From Blastocystis sp. Blastoise (Eukaryota > Protista > Bigyra: Opalinata): a DNA stretch of 64,000 bases. The position numbers and the translations under genes are program-made. Location of the stretch: assembly GCA_039096225.1 (NCBI GenBank), contig JBBPEB010000002.1:992001-1056000 (forward strand), given 5' to 3'. A model generated the notes under the pieces. It worked only from the letters and a program-made list of their open reading frames with translations. It did no database searches and was not told where the DNA came from. Within the stretch, counting starts at the first letter, position 1. The number at the start of each line of letters is the position of its first letter. This document shows, in pieces, positions 14,928 through 28,884 of the stretch.

Positions 14928-17900
14928 ATGGAGAACGAAGACTTTGTCTATTTGAACCAGTATATGAATAGTTTTATGAATTTTAAATCAATTGTGTAGT
15001 CCATCTGTTCTTCATTTGTTACCGGAACAGCAACAATTATTTATCAAGAATGAATCTAAGGATATTGGTATTAAAATAATCGATCAATTTGTTGATATTC
15101 TTCATTCTAAAAAACGTAATGGTGATGAATTTGATAATATTGCGAATCTGTTGGTATATATATTTTATATTTATTAAATCTAATTTTTTACTTCTTTACT
15201 AAACATCTTTTATTCAACGTTTTTCTTTTTTAGAAGGAATTTTTGAAAAATGAACTCTACGAGAGAGATATAAACGCTTTTTCTAAATTAGTGAACGCTC
15301 TTGTTGAAGTGATCTTCTCATCTAAGTTCTCGTATGAATATCCTTTTTAATCTTATTTAATATATATTTATAGAAATCAAATGATAAGTGTATCTTTTGA
15401 TATCTTAGACTCATTACAAGTTTATTATGGTCCAGAACTTGATGTATATATATATTAATATTATATATATATATATCTTATACCTATCGCTATTCTTTTT
15501 GTAGATTCATTTGAATCTAAAAGAAATATTGAATTTTTATATACATATAAATAATTATGATATAAATAATAGTACTGTTTCTTATGGTAAAGAACAATAT
15601 TTGAATGTGAATCGAATGCAACATGTATATATATATATATATATGTATATATAATGTTTATTATTATTATAGTTTACTCGTTACATTAAAAATGAAACAT
15701 TTGATGCCATTGTTCCTGAAATAATCACGATTATTGAAGACTCTACAACAGAGAATAAACTATTCCCCGCGATTCTTTTTATTGCTAGTTTTTTGCCAGA
15801 TCATTATTGGCATCTAAAATTATTTGAATTGTATATATGTATAGGTTGTATAATAATAAAATTGAGATTTTATTTTATTAATAGTATTATTTAATAAATT
15901 ATTATTATATATAGGATTTTAAATAAATTTTATAATCATCAATATATATTTATTCGATGTGTATATATGGAAGTACTATCTGACATAATAGATACATATA
16001 TAACTAAAGATCCTTATATATCTCCTCTCTCTTCTCTTCCTAAAGAGACACTTCAAGAGAGTTTTCCTATGTATATGTATATAGAGGATATATATTCATG
16101 CTTACAAGAAGTATTATTTGAAGATTCACAAAAATATCCTAATAATATTTGGAATATAAATGAGGAAGACAAATCAATCGAGCTTTATAGTGTATATAAA
16201 TAATATATATATATATACATATAGGGTTATATTTCTTCTATATGTGAATTAATCTATATACAATCACCTGATGACCCTTATTATGGATATAATCGTTTTA
16301 TTGTATATATATATATAGAAACTATATTATACATAGCAAATAACATATATATATATAGGAATTTATAAATTTCATGATTCCTATGTCATTAAAAAAAGGA
16401 GATGAAAAGAATATTCAATTAATATACATATTATTTACTCTATATAATTATCTTGTTCAACAGGAAATATTAAATACTGAGAATTTTATTAACAATCATT
16501 TATCTAAAGAACAACATAATGTAATTGTTCATCTATTCATAGACATTTGGATGACTGTATATATATATATATTTAATATTATTTATAAGACAAAAAATAA
16601 TAAAAATATCTATAGTTAAATAATTATTAATTTATAGATGTTTTATAATCAGCCTGAATTACCTGATTTAGCTTATACTTCTATTTCAGGTTTAACTTCT
16701 CTCGATCCTCTATATATGTAATCAATTCTTTTCTATTTATAATACTGTGATGAATCAAGAAAAGAAAGATGATAAAATAGTATTTATTTATATATATATT
16801 CTTATGGTTTTCTATAACAAGTATATATAACATTAATATTATATATATTTAGATTATTGGATTACTTACTCTTTTCGGTGATATTTGTAGTTATCTATTC
16901 CCTGTTATATCTTTAAGAACACAGCTTTATCCATTTACTTTATCTTTAATAAATTATATAGATATTAATAATCTTGAAATTTCAGCTTCTGCATTAACTA
17001 TTATATATAATATTTTTACTCTGTGTCCTGAACTACCTGGTATATATTTAGATTTATAATAGTTATAAAAATATATATATAGACAGAACTTGTATATTTG
17101 TATCTCTTGATGAACGAAAAGAATGGATTATGTCTGTATATATAATATATCACAGTATTCTATTATAAATATATATATATAGTGTGTCAAACAGATTTGT
17201 CGTTTTTACCTTCGAGGAATGACCTCTAATATATTAAAATTATCTATATTATTTCAACGTCTAATTACGTTTTTAACAAAAACAGACATTAATATTATTT
17301 CTAAGTCTATTTTTGAGTATATATTATATATATATATTACTAAGCAATTAATTTATATATTTTTTGATTTATTCTATAATCCATTTTTTATTCCATAAAT
17401 ATAAAAAATATTATTTATATAGTGATATTGACACGATTTCTGAGATAAAAACAGTTGATGATTTTAAAGTATCTGAAGTATTCTTCAAATACATATATTC
17501 TGTCTATCCTGAAGTTTATAGTCATTATATTAAAGAGAAGATAGAAGCAGTAGATATTCTTTTTAAAGATATAAATCCATTAGTTATTTCTTCAAATCAA
17601 ATTCATAAACTTATTAAGAAATATACTAATAATATTAATACGTTGTTTACAGCAGTATTCTTCTTTCATCAGTATATATTTATTATTTAATATGTATTAT
17701 TTAATATGTATATTATTTAATATGTATATTATATATACTATATATATATATTATTCTATATATAGAATAGATCTTCCAGATTCTCTAATAGATTCTCTTC
17801 TTCATATATTTCTATGTATATTATCAAGTGGTTATGAGGATTATACTTTTTATATCTTTACATATATTGATAAATTTATATATAAATTAATACCAGAAAT

Positions 17901-20900
17901 TCAATTAAATAACTATAATTATGAATATCCCAAGGAAATGACATTATATTCAACTACTGATGATAAAGAGAAAGAAGAAGCTATTCATAAAGCAGCTACA
18001 TATACTTTTAATCCTACTAATCATAATGTATATATATATAATCATGATTATATTAACTTTAATAATAATTATTATTACATTTTCCTCTATTCATATATAT
18101 ATAGTTTACTTATGATTCTATTTCAGAGTCTACGATTTATACAATAAAGAGAATGATTCAATTATTTTATGTGGATATATATACATCCATTCTTTCAGAT
18201 ATTAATAATAATTGTACATAAATATATTAATATTATTATAATTCATTTATTTATATTTTATATATGTAGCTACAAATATAATGGATTGGAAACAAAAAAC
18301 GAATATCATGTCATCAGTATATATATATAAATAAATTTTCTTCTTTTTCTTTGTATATGTTTCTATTATATATATATATATAGATAAGTTTCATTCTCCC
18401 AATAATATTCCCTGTGAATAGTATTTATAATAAATATATATCTAAAGAAATCAATCAACTCCGAGATATCTTTTTTAATGAAAAACATGTATATATATTA
18501 TATATATATGCATTGCTTTATATAGATTATATATATTTAATTTATTTCTTTGAATAATCATTCTTATATAAATTCTATATATAGCCAATTGAAGTATGTT
18601 CTATTATAATAGATTATATTCAAGGAAAAACAATTAATGCAAAAATGACTGAATCTATTGGTTTTATTCTGTATATATAGTTCATAAAGCATTATATACT
18701 TATTATATATAATTTATTATGATTTATTCTTTATTAAACATCACATATATATAGTAAGCCCTATTTACAAGAGAATAAATTTGAAGTTACTATGCAGTCA
18801 ACAACTAAATATACGAATCTTGAACAAATGAAGAATATATATCTAGCGTATCATAAACATCGAAAAGAAACAGCTGTTTTTGGAGGAAAATATGAATATA
18901 TAGTTTATATATACAATAAAATTATTGATATTGAATCATTTATGAATGCTCTTAATAGAAATTGTAGTATAAATGAAAAGTATGTTTATTTATCGTCCTT
19001 CAATTATTTACGATTATTTTTATTATTCTATTATTCAAAATAATAGTATAATTTTAATTTATATAGAATCACTCAATATAATATTCCATCTTTAATGAAT
19101 AATATACTTCATCTTCCTTTAACAACAGAATTAGGATCACCAATACCTACTTTAGAAACTATAAATATATTAATTAGTCTTTGCTATAAATCAGGGTGTG
19201 CTCCTTTTTATGTATATATATATTATTAGTTTTATTATAATTATTATTTCTAATTATTACATATTCAATATATATTCATTATTATTTTCAGTATCATTAA
19301 TATAACTAATTACTATTAATAACTATTAACAATATAGATTATTCAAAATATGTTTTGTAATGTTTTGAAAGAAATTAACTCTTATTCGCTTTTAAAGAAT
19401 TATATGTATATATTTATTTATGTTTTTTTGTACTTATTATTTATATATATAGTCAAAATATGTCATCTATAAATTTAACAACTTTATATACTGTTACTCC
19501 TGCTCTTCTTCAATTTATGGCGAATCCATTTGAGAATATAAAGAAACATAGTATATTCAGCTTTATTACCGGTGATAAAGAAAAAATAAATGAATCTGTT
19601 CAACAAACACAACAATATATTATCAATAATATGTATATAGAATATATATATATTTAATATATATTTATTAATACTATTTCCAAATATTTAAATAATAATA
19701 TTATTATATAGATTATTCCTTTTCTTATTATTATTATATATAGTGAAGTATTGTTTTCTTCTTCAACAGTAAATGATTCAAATATAATTGAGTTTTATAA
19801 TTATATGTCTTCTCTTTGGGAGAAAGTACCTACATTGACACAAAAACTATTTGTATATTAATATATACTCATTATTTTTAAATTGATATTACTCACTAAA
19901 ACATAATATAACTCTATTATTTGTTTGTCATATTCTATTCATATATATATAATAGTATATACATCTCTTCGGGTATTTATTAAATGTGTCTTCTGTTTCT
20001 ATTCCTGATTCCCTTATAAATCCTCTTTGTTCTCTCCTTTTCTCTCTTATGAATAAAAAACATCAAGTAGCATCATCTCTCTCAATTATTCTTCTTCTTG
20101 TTATTCATAGTAAAAGAAATAACTTTTGCATCACTTATATAGAATTCTTAGAACAAAATCAATGTATTCAATTGTTTTTTAATGTATGTTATATATGATT
20201 AAGATACATATATATGAATATAAATATATTTTTATTATTATATGTATTTCGTTATTATTATATTTTGTTGAATATATATAGTCTTTATATCAATCCTTTA
20301 CTTTGGATGATTCTTCTTTAACACCAGATTTAATCTCTTTATCTGGAATTAAAATATTACCTGAATGTACAGTACTACATCCTTTCTATATGATGGATGA
20401 AAACATTATGCCTAGAATGCCTCAAATGAACTATATTGCTCTCCTTTTTGTATATATATATTATTAATTATTATTTTGCTTAAATGCATGTAAATAGTAT
20501 TTTCAATTATTTATATTAAAAATATGCTTATTTTATAAGTTACTTTTTTCTTTCACTATATAATATATACTATTATATTTCATACCACACAAATTTTATT
20601 ATTATCTTTGAAATACAATTACTCTTTATATATATAGGATGCTATGAAAACTCATAATGATTTATTACTACCTTATATAATCAATGAGATTTGTGAGAAA
20701 ATGATTTTATGTGGTATATAAAAATAGATATATATTTATAATTATATTATTTCATAGATGATAATCACACAAAAATTTATTTTTATATTTATGTATTATA
20801 TTATTCTTGTATAACTTCCATAATGTCTCTTTCTTCTTCTTCTCCTTTCTATGAAAACACACAAGAAATATCTTTATCTTTAAATGTTTCATCTGAAATC

Positions 20901-22848
20901 AATTGTGAAGCTTTTATAACGATATTCACATTCTTAGCGAATATTGATGAAATAGTTTGCTATATAAAGTATATATATATATAAATAATATTTTTATATT
21001 TGTCTTTTTTTTAATATGTATTTTTATATTTATTTATTGTTGATTCAATAAGAATATATTAATCATTATAATCTATATATAGATATATTTTAGATAAGAT
21101 AATAAAAATAACGAATCCTATTTCTATTACTGTTTTAATATGTACAATTAATTATATAGTACGATGTTATTCATGGAAATTAAAAGAGATACAAAAGAAT
21201 TCAATTCTTTCAATAGAAGGACATACTCATGAAGTTCAATCACTTTCAGATATTCAAATAAAACTCAATGAAATTTATACACTTTTCTTTAATACTCTTG
21301 ATACTATCGATATTTTTATATTTCCAGTATATATATTGTTATTTGAATAGCATTATGTTTCTTTTTTATCTAATCTATTATCTATTGATATATATTGAAT
21401 AGTCAAAAGAATAATTCTATATATATATATATAGCCATTAGTAAGAGTTGTAACAGAATGTTGTCTTCATATATATATAAATACAAAAGGAAATAAAAAA
21501 TGTATATTCATTTATATTAATATTTATATATATATATTTATATAGTTGAAGAAAGAATTAACCAATATATGGAAAAGAGTTTTAATGTATTTAGAGATAA
21601 TATAAAAAGTATATATATATAATTAACTATATTATATCCTATTGTTCATATTATATATATATAGATCCTCCTGAAAATAAGTATATACCTGTGTTTCTTA
21701 TATATATTCTATATATATATAGACCTATATGTATTGCTGAATTTTCAAATGCTCTAATAGACTTCTATATACATGATGATGAAAGAATAAGACAATGGTA
21801 TTTTGAAATGTTCAAAATTTGTGTTGAAACTAGTGTATATATATATATAGCCATATTATTTTAATTATATATTGTTATAGTTTTCTAAAAGAAATGACGT
21901 TTTTGAGAATATTCAAGAAACTCAAGAATTTAAATATATTAATAAAAATGTTAAACAATATTTCGATTTTATACTAGTATATAATATAAATTTAATTCTA
22001 TAAATATAATTAATATAATATATATATAGTCTAATATAACAAATTCTGAAATAGATGAGAATTCTTGTTCTTTACTTTTAGCTTCAATAACTCATTTTAG
22101 TATTGGTAATTTTACTAGAGAAACAACACAAACTAAATTATTCTATTTAGATAAACTTGAAATACTATTCTTTTCTCCATTTGAAAATGTATATATCTAG
22201 TTATAATCATATTCTATTTGTTCATTTTTTTTTATTTAATACTTATTTTCATTATATATATATAGATTCGTATCCAAGCAAAAAGTTGTTTTAACTTTTT
22301 ATATAGTTTTATGTCTAATGAGAATTTAACTACTTTAGTTAAACATTTTTCAGATATATATAATGGAAATAATCTTACTAATGAACAAGTATATATATAT
22401 TTTTAAAGATATATATTCAATCTAATAATCATATTATATAGAAATTAATGAAAACAGAAGTTCTAAAAGAAGGAGCAGTATATATACTATTACTATATAA
22501 ATTGTCTATTATTTTATATATATATATAGATCTATGGATTATGTTCTATTCTTGAAAATGAATATATATGTCGACCCTGTGCTATTGATGCTATTAAAGT
22601 TATACTTAATCATATGCCACTTTCAGAGTATATATATATAAATTATTTTATTTCTCCTAAATATCTATAAATAATAGTATCTATTATTCATTAATCTTTA
22701 TAGACAGTGTCAAAAGATTGTGGATATTTCCTTCCAAGAATTATTAAAACAATCGATTAATTATTATATTCCTCTGAAAACTTATTTTACTGATGAAGAA
22801 TGGGAGATTATATCGTCTTCAAATAATAAACTCAATTATTTCTCTTAA
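14928..22848 (+). CDS. PSME4: Probable proteasome activator PA200/Blm10 (large HEAT-repeat-like protein, many exons)
   Basis: About 8 kb of short helical exons. The C-terminal exons LFFSPFENIRIQAKSCFNFL, KEGA|IYGLCSIL and LKTYFTDEEWEIISSSNNKLNYFS* parallel PA200 as I recall it ([52 protein letters not shown]). The N-terminal VLHLLPEQQQLFIKNES resembles YNKLLPYAERLDAES. The assignment rests on remembered motifs, not a database search. Confidence 0.6.
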
Positions 22849-24801
22849 AGTTATATATATATATTATTCACTATTATACTAATAAACCTTCTTATATATA
22901 TATATTTATATTATTCTAATAATAATAAATATTTTATTTAACTTCCTTTTCATCATTTTAAATATTAACACTATATCTATATATTTTTATAAATACTTAT
23001 TTTTTTTCATATTTTTTATTATTATTACGAGAATTGTATTTTTTTAAAATAGTTTTCTGTTCTTTTTACACAACAATATAAACATTCTAAATTTCTATTA
23101 TATACTAATCCATATACCTATTATCTAATGAAAAAATATATTTATATAATATGAGATATTTTCAGTCCTTTTCCATGCTTTTGTGGCAATTATCATGACA
23201 AAAGCTGACTGGAACTGTCAACTTGACTTCAATTGACTTCGTCAAAAAAAAATAAACTGTCAACAATTAACATTTTGGTTACAATTGCACATGGTAATTC
23301 TGTTCAGTGATATGGGAAGGGGTTGAATATTATTAGCTAATGATTTTAATGTTATTTGAAGATAACTTGAAAATTTATTTTGATAAATATTTTAATATTA
23401 TTTAATATATATAAATAGACTATAATAAGAAATATATATTTATTAATAATATGCCATAAATAATACATTTAGATATTTTTAAAAATAACTATCCTTCAAT
23501 TCTTCAATCTCAAAATATATTTTAATGTTTATAAATAACATATATATAGTATATTATATGAAAAGAAATTTAATAAAAATAGTATATAAAAAAATATTTT
23601 GAACATTTTTTTAATGATAGATAGTATATGATTCATTCGTTTTATTTCAAACTATTGTTATCAATTAAATAAATTAATCCTATAAAATGTATATTTAATT
23701 AAATATCTTGATATAGATTTTTTACAATTCCAATACTCAATAAAGGAATACATTTTACATATAATAATAATCAAACTAAGAAAAACAAAGTTCTTAAATA
23801 ATTCATGTATCTTAATTTATATCTTGAAAAATAGATAAAATCATTTATTTATATACTTTATTAGATACATAATACATAATATAAGAAATAAATATACTAT
23901 TTTATTGTTATACAGAATAACTATTTAATAAGAGAATTAAAATAAAGTAATATGTTTTTTATATATATATTGACGGAATGAATGATTCTGAATATTATAA
24001 ATTATATATACAAATATTTTAGTAGATACTTCTGTGTCATGAATAAATAAAATAAAAACTCAAATATAGATAAGTATATACTTTTAAGAATGTTTCTATA
24101 ATATATAAAATAACCTAGAATATATAAACATAAGTTTAGAAGAGAAATGAAAGCTATTTCAATAATGTTTCACAGATTCAAACCATGATTATTATAAATA
24201 TCATTGGATTGACATATAAAAGAAATTCGTTTGACTTCAAGATCTAAATAAATAGAATAGAATAAGAGGAAGCCTTAACTATTGTGATGAACGTCATATC
24301 TGTTTGTGAATTATAAACATTTCATTCTATATTCGAATGAATTGATTTTAGAAAAATCTAAATATAACTATTCAATAAGAAAACAAAATCGATATTCATA
24401 ATATAATGGAATGTTCAAGACAATAGGAAAGATTCTCCTTTGATGACTCACTTGAATTGACATAAACTTCTTCCATTATTGTATACAATATAAATAACAT
24501 CTTAATCATTATAAACGACATCTAAAATGGACTTTATAGATTAACTAATTTTGCTGACTTTTTCTGAAAATGAACGACATTAAAATCTTGGAAAAAAATT
24601 AATTTATAGTGAACTTTTGTGATTTATTTATATTTATTTGTTCAGAACTTTCAAGTTTAAATAGAGAATGGATTTATGACTTCTTTGAGATTAATATATA
24701 CTAAATTAAGTCTTTGATACACGATACATCATAAATTCAAGTATGTCATTGCTTACAATATCATTTATATCAATAATGTGTAGTTTTATAGTATTAATAA
24801 C

Positions 24802-26331
24802 ATGTCAAATAACGTATTTCCATTAATTAAAGATAAATGTATTTTAAAAGTTATTAAATCAACATTTTGATCGTATTTAGATTTGTTTAAATTTCAAGAT
24901 GAGACACAAATATGGGTTTCTAAGGAGTTTATTGAGAAAAATCATCAATTTCCCTTTCATAATATAATTATACATTCTAATAAATATAAAGATGGCAGTT
25001 ATTATATAGATATGCTTCCTTTTCATATAGAAAAAGTGATTCATTTTTTAATGAAGGATAACTTGGATATTTCTTCATTAAACTTTAAAGATAGTTTTGA
25101 TATATATAGAACACTTCTTGAATATTCAGTTATGCTTGATAATCAAATACAAAATGATTTTTTATTTCACTTAAAGGAATTATTTCTAAATTATTTAAAA
25201 GAAAATAATTACAGTGTTTGTGAATATGGAAATGAAGAAGATCAAGCATATATTTCCATGAAATTACTAGATTCAACTTGGAAAATTCTATATATTGATG
25301 GTATTGTTATAATTATGTTTATTATTATTGTTATATAGTTATGAATGTTATTTTATACAAAAACTAAGATGAATTACAAGTTTATTTAAAGAAGATACAT
25401 TTAATTATATATATTCTCTCTATATTGTTGTATGTATATATATTTAATATACATTTAATAAATATTTATTATATATTTAATATATATTTATTCTAATTTT
25501 TTATAATATATTTATTCTAATTTTTTATTATATATTTATATAGTATATGAAAGAAAGAAAATCAATAAATCAGAATATTCACTTTTATTTCAAAGTCTTC
25601 TGAAAAATGACAGAAAATAAAAATAAAAATAAAAATGAAAAATATGATGAAAAACATTATAACTATAAAGAATCTCTTCCATTCTTTTACACCTTCAATT
25701 TTTATAAGGATAAAAATAATTATTTTGTTTCTATTGTGGATCTATATAAAAGTATATAAACTATATTTATAATAATATATAAAAGTCTATATTTACTATT
25801 ATAGGTAATATTATAATTGATTTTAACTATTGTAATTATCGTATCTCTTTTGATGAATATAAATATGAAACTAATTTATCTGTAGAAACTATTGATATTG
25901 GTGAAAGTAATTTATATATATATATTATTTATATTATATATATAGATTATATGACATCAGATTATGAACTATTAACATTATTAAATTGTATTAAAGAAAA
26001 TCGATTACCTAATTTAATACAATTAAAAATATGTATATTTATATATTTATTATTATAGTAATTATTCTATACTCTATATAGGCTTTCAAAGTGAACAATT
26101 TATTCAGCAAGTTATAGACTGTATTATAGATGAAAAAGTACCTAAATTAAAACAATTTACATTCTTTTTCTGTATATAAATATAATTATTTATATCTTTC
26201 TATATTAAATAGTTGATGTTTCGAAATCATTAATAGAATCATACAAACAACAATTAGTGGAATCTTCATTTATTCAAAAGAATCATCTTGATTTTAATTT
26301 TATTGATAATGGAGTTTTTCAGTTTTGTTAA
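24802..26331 (+). pseudogene. Internally deleted paralog of the BTB-like/LRR-like family
   Basis: The N-terminal exon (FKFQDETQIWVSKEFIEKNHQFPFHNII...) closely matches the gene at 13065, and the C-terminal exons (LPNLIQLK, VPKLKQF, SSFIQKNH) match 8484-8800. About 3 kb of the middle is missing, and there is a frameshift or stop near 25600-25620. Confidence 0.65.
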
Positions 26332-27246
26332 CTTTACATATATATATTTAATTTAATTTTTAATTTATATATTTTTTCTTTATTTAGTTTTATTAAAAAT
26401 TTGTAATACTTATAAAAAATGTATTCAATAAATAGTTATTAATTTATTATTCTTCTTGTTTTATTCTGTTTTATTTTTAAATATAAAGTATAATAAAAAT
26501 AATAGGATTTATACCAAATATTTCTTTTTTGGATTACTATGAATGTTGTAATAATAAACAAGTATAAACAAATAGATCACTATTCTTATAGATATAGGTT
26601 ACTAAATATATTTTATAAATGTTTTTTGTTCTAAAATTATTAAAGAAAAAAAAATCAATAAATAATTTCATCTTAGATTCTTGTTATATCTATGCTTCGT
26701 TCAATAAAGTTCTAAAAGCAATTGATGAACATCATCAGCTAATTTATAATATGAGCATACTAAATACACATATCAATCACTCTTTTATCTATTTCTTATA
26801 ATTTATATATTATAAAAGTCTTCAATATATACCTTATATCAGCTAAATTGACCTAATGTAAAAAACACATTGATCAATAATTTTGTTTTGTTATAATGAG
26901 ATATTATTGGGAAATTGTCTCCTTTATAAAGCAGATGTTTTTCCGTCACAATATTTTTTGTTACTAGGATATATTACTAGAAAAATAATTTTAAAAACGA
27001 ATTTTCTTCAAAAAAAGGAAAATAATCAGGAAAAAACAGAAAAAAAACAGGATCTACTAGGTTTCAATTTTATTTTGTGGCTATAATATAATATCTTGCT
27101 TTTTCCTTCTTTAGAATAAACGAATATATTACTTGGAATGAAATTTAGTATATAAAAAGATTGATTTCTACACATAAATAATTTTTTCTAGTCAATTAAT
27201 CATTGCTTGCATATTTTATTTGTAAGAATTAACTAGGTCATAGAAA

Positions 27247-27300
27247 ATGTCTGAAGTTACTATTGAGATGCAGAATGGTGAAATAACAAGAGTTATCAAT
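27247..27300 (+). CDS. 5' fragment (18 codons, MSEVTIEMQNGEITRVIN) of the host gene interrupted by the transposon
   Basis: ATG at 27247. The last codon AAT (27298-27300) is the left target-site copy and joins in frame to GTA GAA AAT GGA ATG... at 60229. Confidence 0.85.
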
Positions 27301-27316
27301 CACTGGTAGGCATTTT
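27301..27316 (+). repeat. Left terminal inverted repeat of the outer element
   Basis: CACTGGTAGGCATTTT, preceded by the target-site copy AAT. Confidence 0.92.
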
Positions 27317-27415
27317 CACGGATATCAAAAAAACGACAAATTCGAAAAAGTAAGCAAAAAAATTTAAGACTTTTTCAGCCAGTTACACTTATAGATGCAA
27401 TATTATTATAATAAG

Positions 27416-27585
27416 ATAATTGGATAATTTCAAGCTTTTATCCACTACAATTGCATTAATTGTCCAATAGTTTTGATTGAAAAAATCTAGAAATTTCTTG
27501 TTAGTATCTTTATATATTATAATTGGATCATTTAAAAAATTTAACCACTAGAATTGCAATAATTGACCAATAATTTTGCTTGAAA
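27416..27585 (+). repeat. Subterminal degenerate direct repeat (103-bp spacing) containing CACTA
   Basis: CCACTACAATTGCATTAATTGTCCAATAGTTTTGATTGAAA (27442-27482) and CCACTAGAATTGCAATAATTGACCAATAATTTTGCTTGAAA (27545-27585) match at 36/41. Each is preceded by ATAATTGGAT. Confidence 0.75.
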
Positions 27586-27903
27586 CAACAAGATATTTAA
27601 TCATTATAATAGACTTTTAAACATTTTATATTTCGATTATAATAATAGAAATGTATTTATATTGTTTTTTTAATATTTTTTAAAAGTGTAAACAAAGCAA
27701 TTAGTTTAAATATGTATAAAAATAATTAATTAATATTATAACAAAAAAAAAATCAAATATAAAAAGAATAAATATTTGTTTTTATTATTTGTTTTGCAAT
27801 ATTATAATACCAATGACCTATAGAGTATAAATAATAGATAAAAATAATTATATAAATAAATACATAAGAATTAAAGAAAAATATTAATCTATATTTCGAC
27901 AGC

Positions 27904-28700
27904 CACTGTTATTCTGGTTTCATTTTTTTAAAGTATATGATTGGCTAGTTTCAGTTCAGAATTTGTTCAGCCACTAAAAACAGAGTAGTTTTAGAGACTT
28001 AGGTAAAAATCGTGAATTTTGACAAAATTTTGATACTTTTTTTCAGTTGACTTTTTATTAGACTATAAAATTCATGTTTAGCATATGTTATCAAAGAATT
28101 GACAATATTTTCTTGTTTTACAAGGTCACATAATATCCAAAACGTTTTTATTTTGTTTTAAGTCGCAATTACGACAAATAATGGGGTCAATATTTTAAAA
28201 CCTTTTGTTGCCCTGTTTAAAGTTTAGACCTTCTTAGAGTCACAAGTATGCGTAAAAAGGAATAAAAAGACCTCTATGGGTCAAAACCAAAATTCAGCCA
28301 AAAAGTCAAAAATTTATATTTTTTTTACACTGAAAAATTTAACCGAGCCTATTTGTATCATGGGCAGTTAGACCAGAGTTTTGAATTTTTAAAATATCTA
28401 CGGGAATATTTTTCTTGTTCAAAACTGAGTCTATTTATATTTTAATATATATCAGAGGACACAAGTGTTTTAGAAACGTTTTTTCTTTAGATTTTATTAT
28501 CACTAACATTTCCTCATCAAAAAAACTTATCAGAGGTTATAAAAAAACTAGTTTTTCACAGAATCAAAGAAAGTCCTTCTATTTGTTGTATTTTGAAATG
28601 ATTCTGTAATAAACAGGTATTTTAAGTTAGAAACAGTAGTTTTAAAACGTTTAAAAAAACAGATCAGAGAGTCAAAGAAAATGAGTAGTTTGTTTATAAG
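27904..28700 (+). repeat. Subterminal block of the inner element, an inverted homolog of about 59450-60225
   Basis: The core 28161-28470 aligns without gaps to the reverse complement of 59670-59979, with about 23 mismatches in 310 nt by manual count. Confidence 0.95.
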
Positions 28701-28884
28701 TTATGATTAGTGGGATTCAAGAGTATTTAATAATAGTGTAGTATGTGACTTGTCACAGGTTATAATACTATTAAAATATCTAAAAAAAACAAAAAAACAA
28801 TAAAACTGAATTTCTATGTAATTTTTCTTTTTTTGACTAATAAATTTGAATTTAAACGTGAATTCGCATTTATTTTTTATTTGA

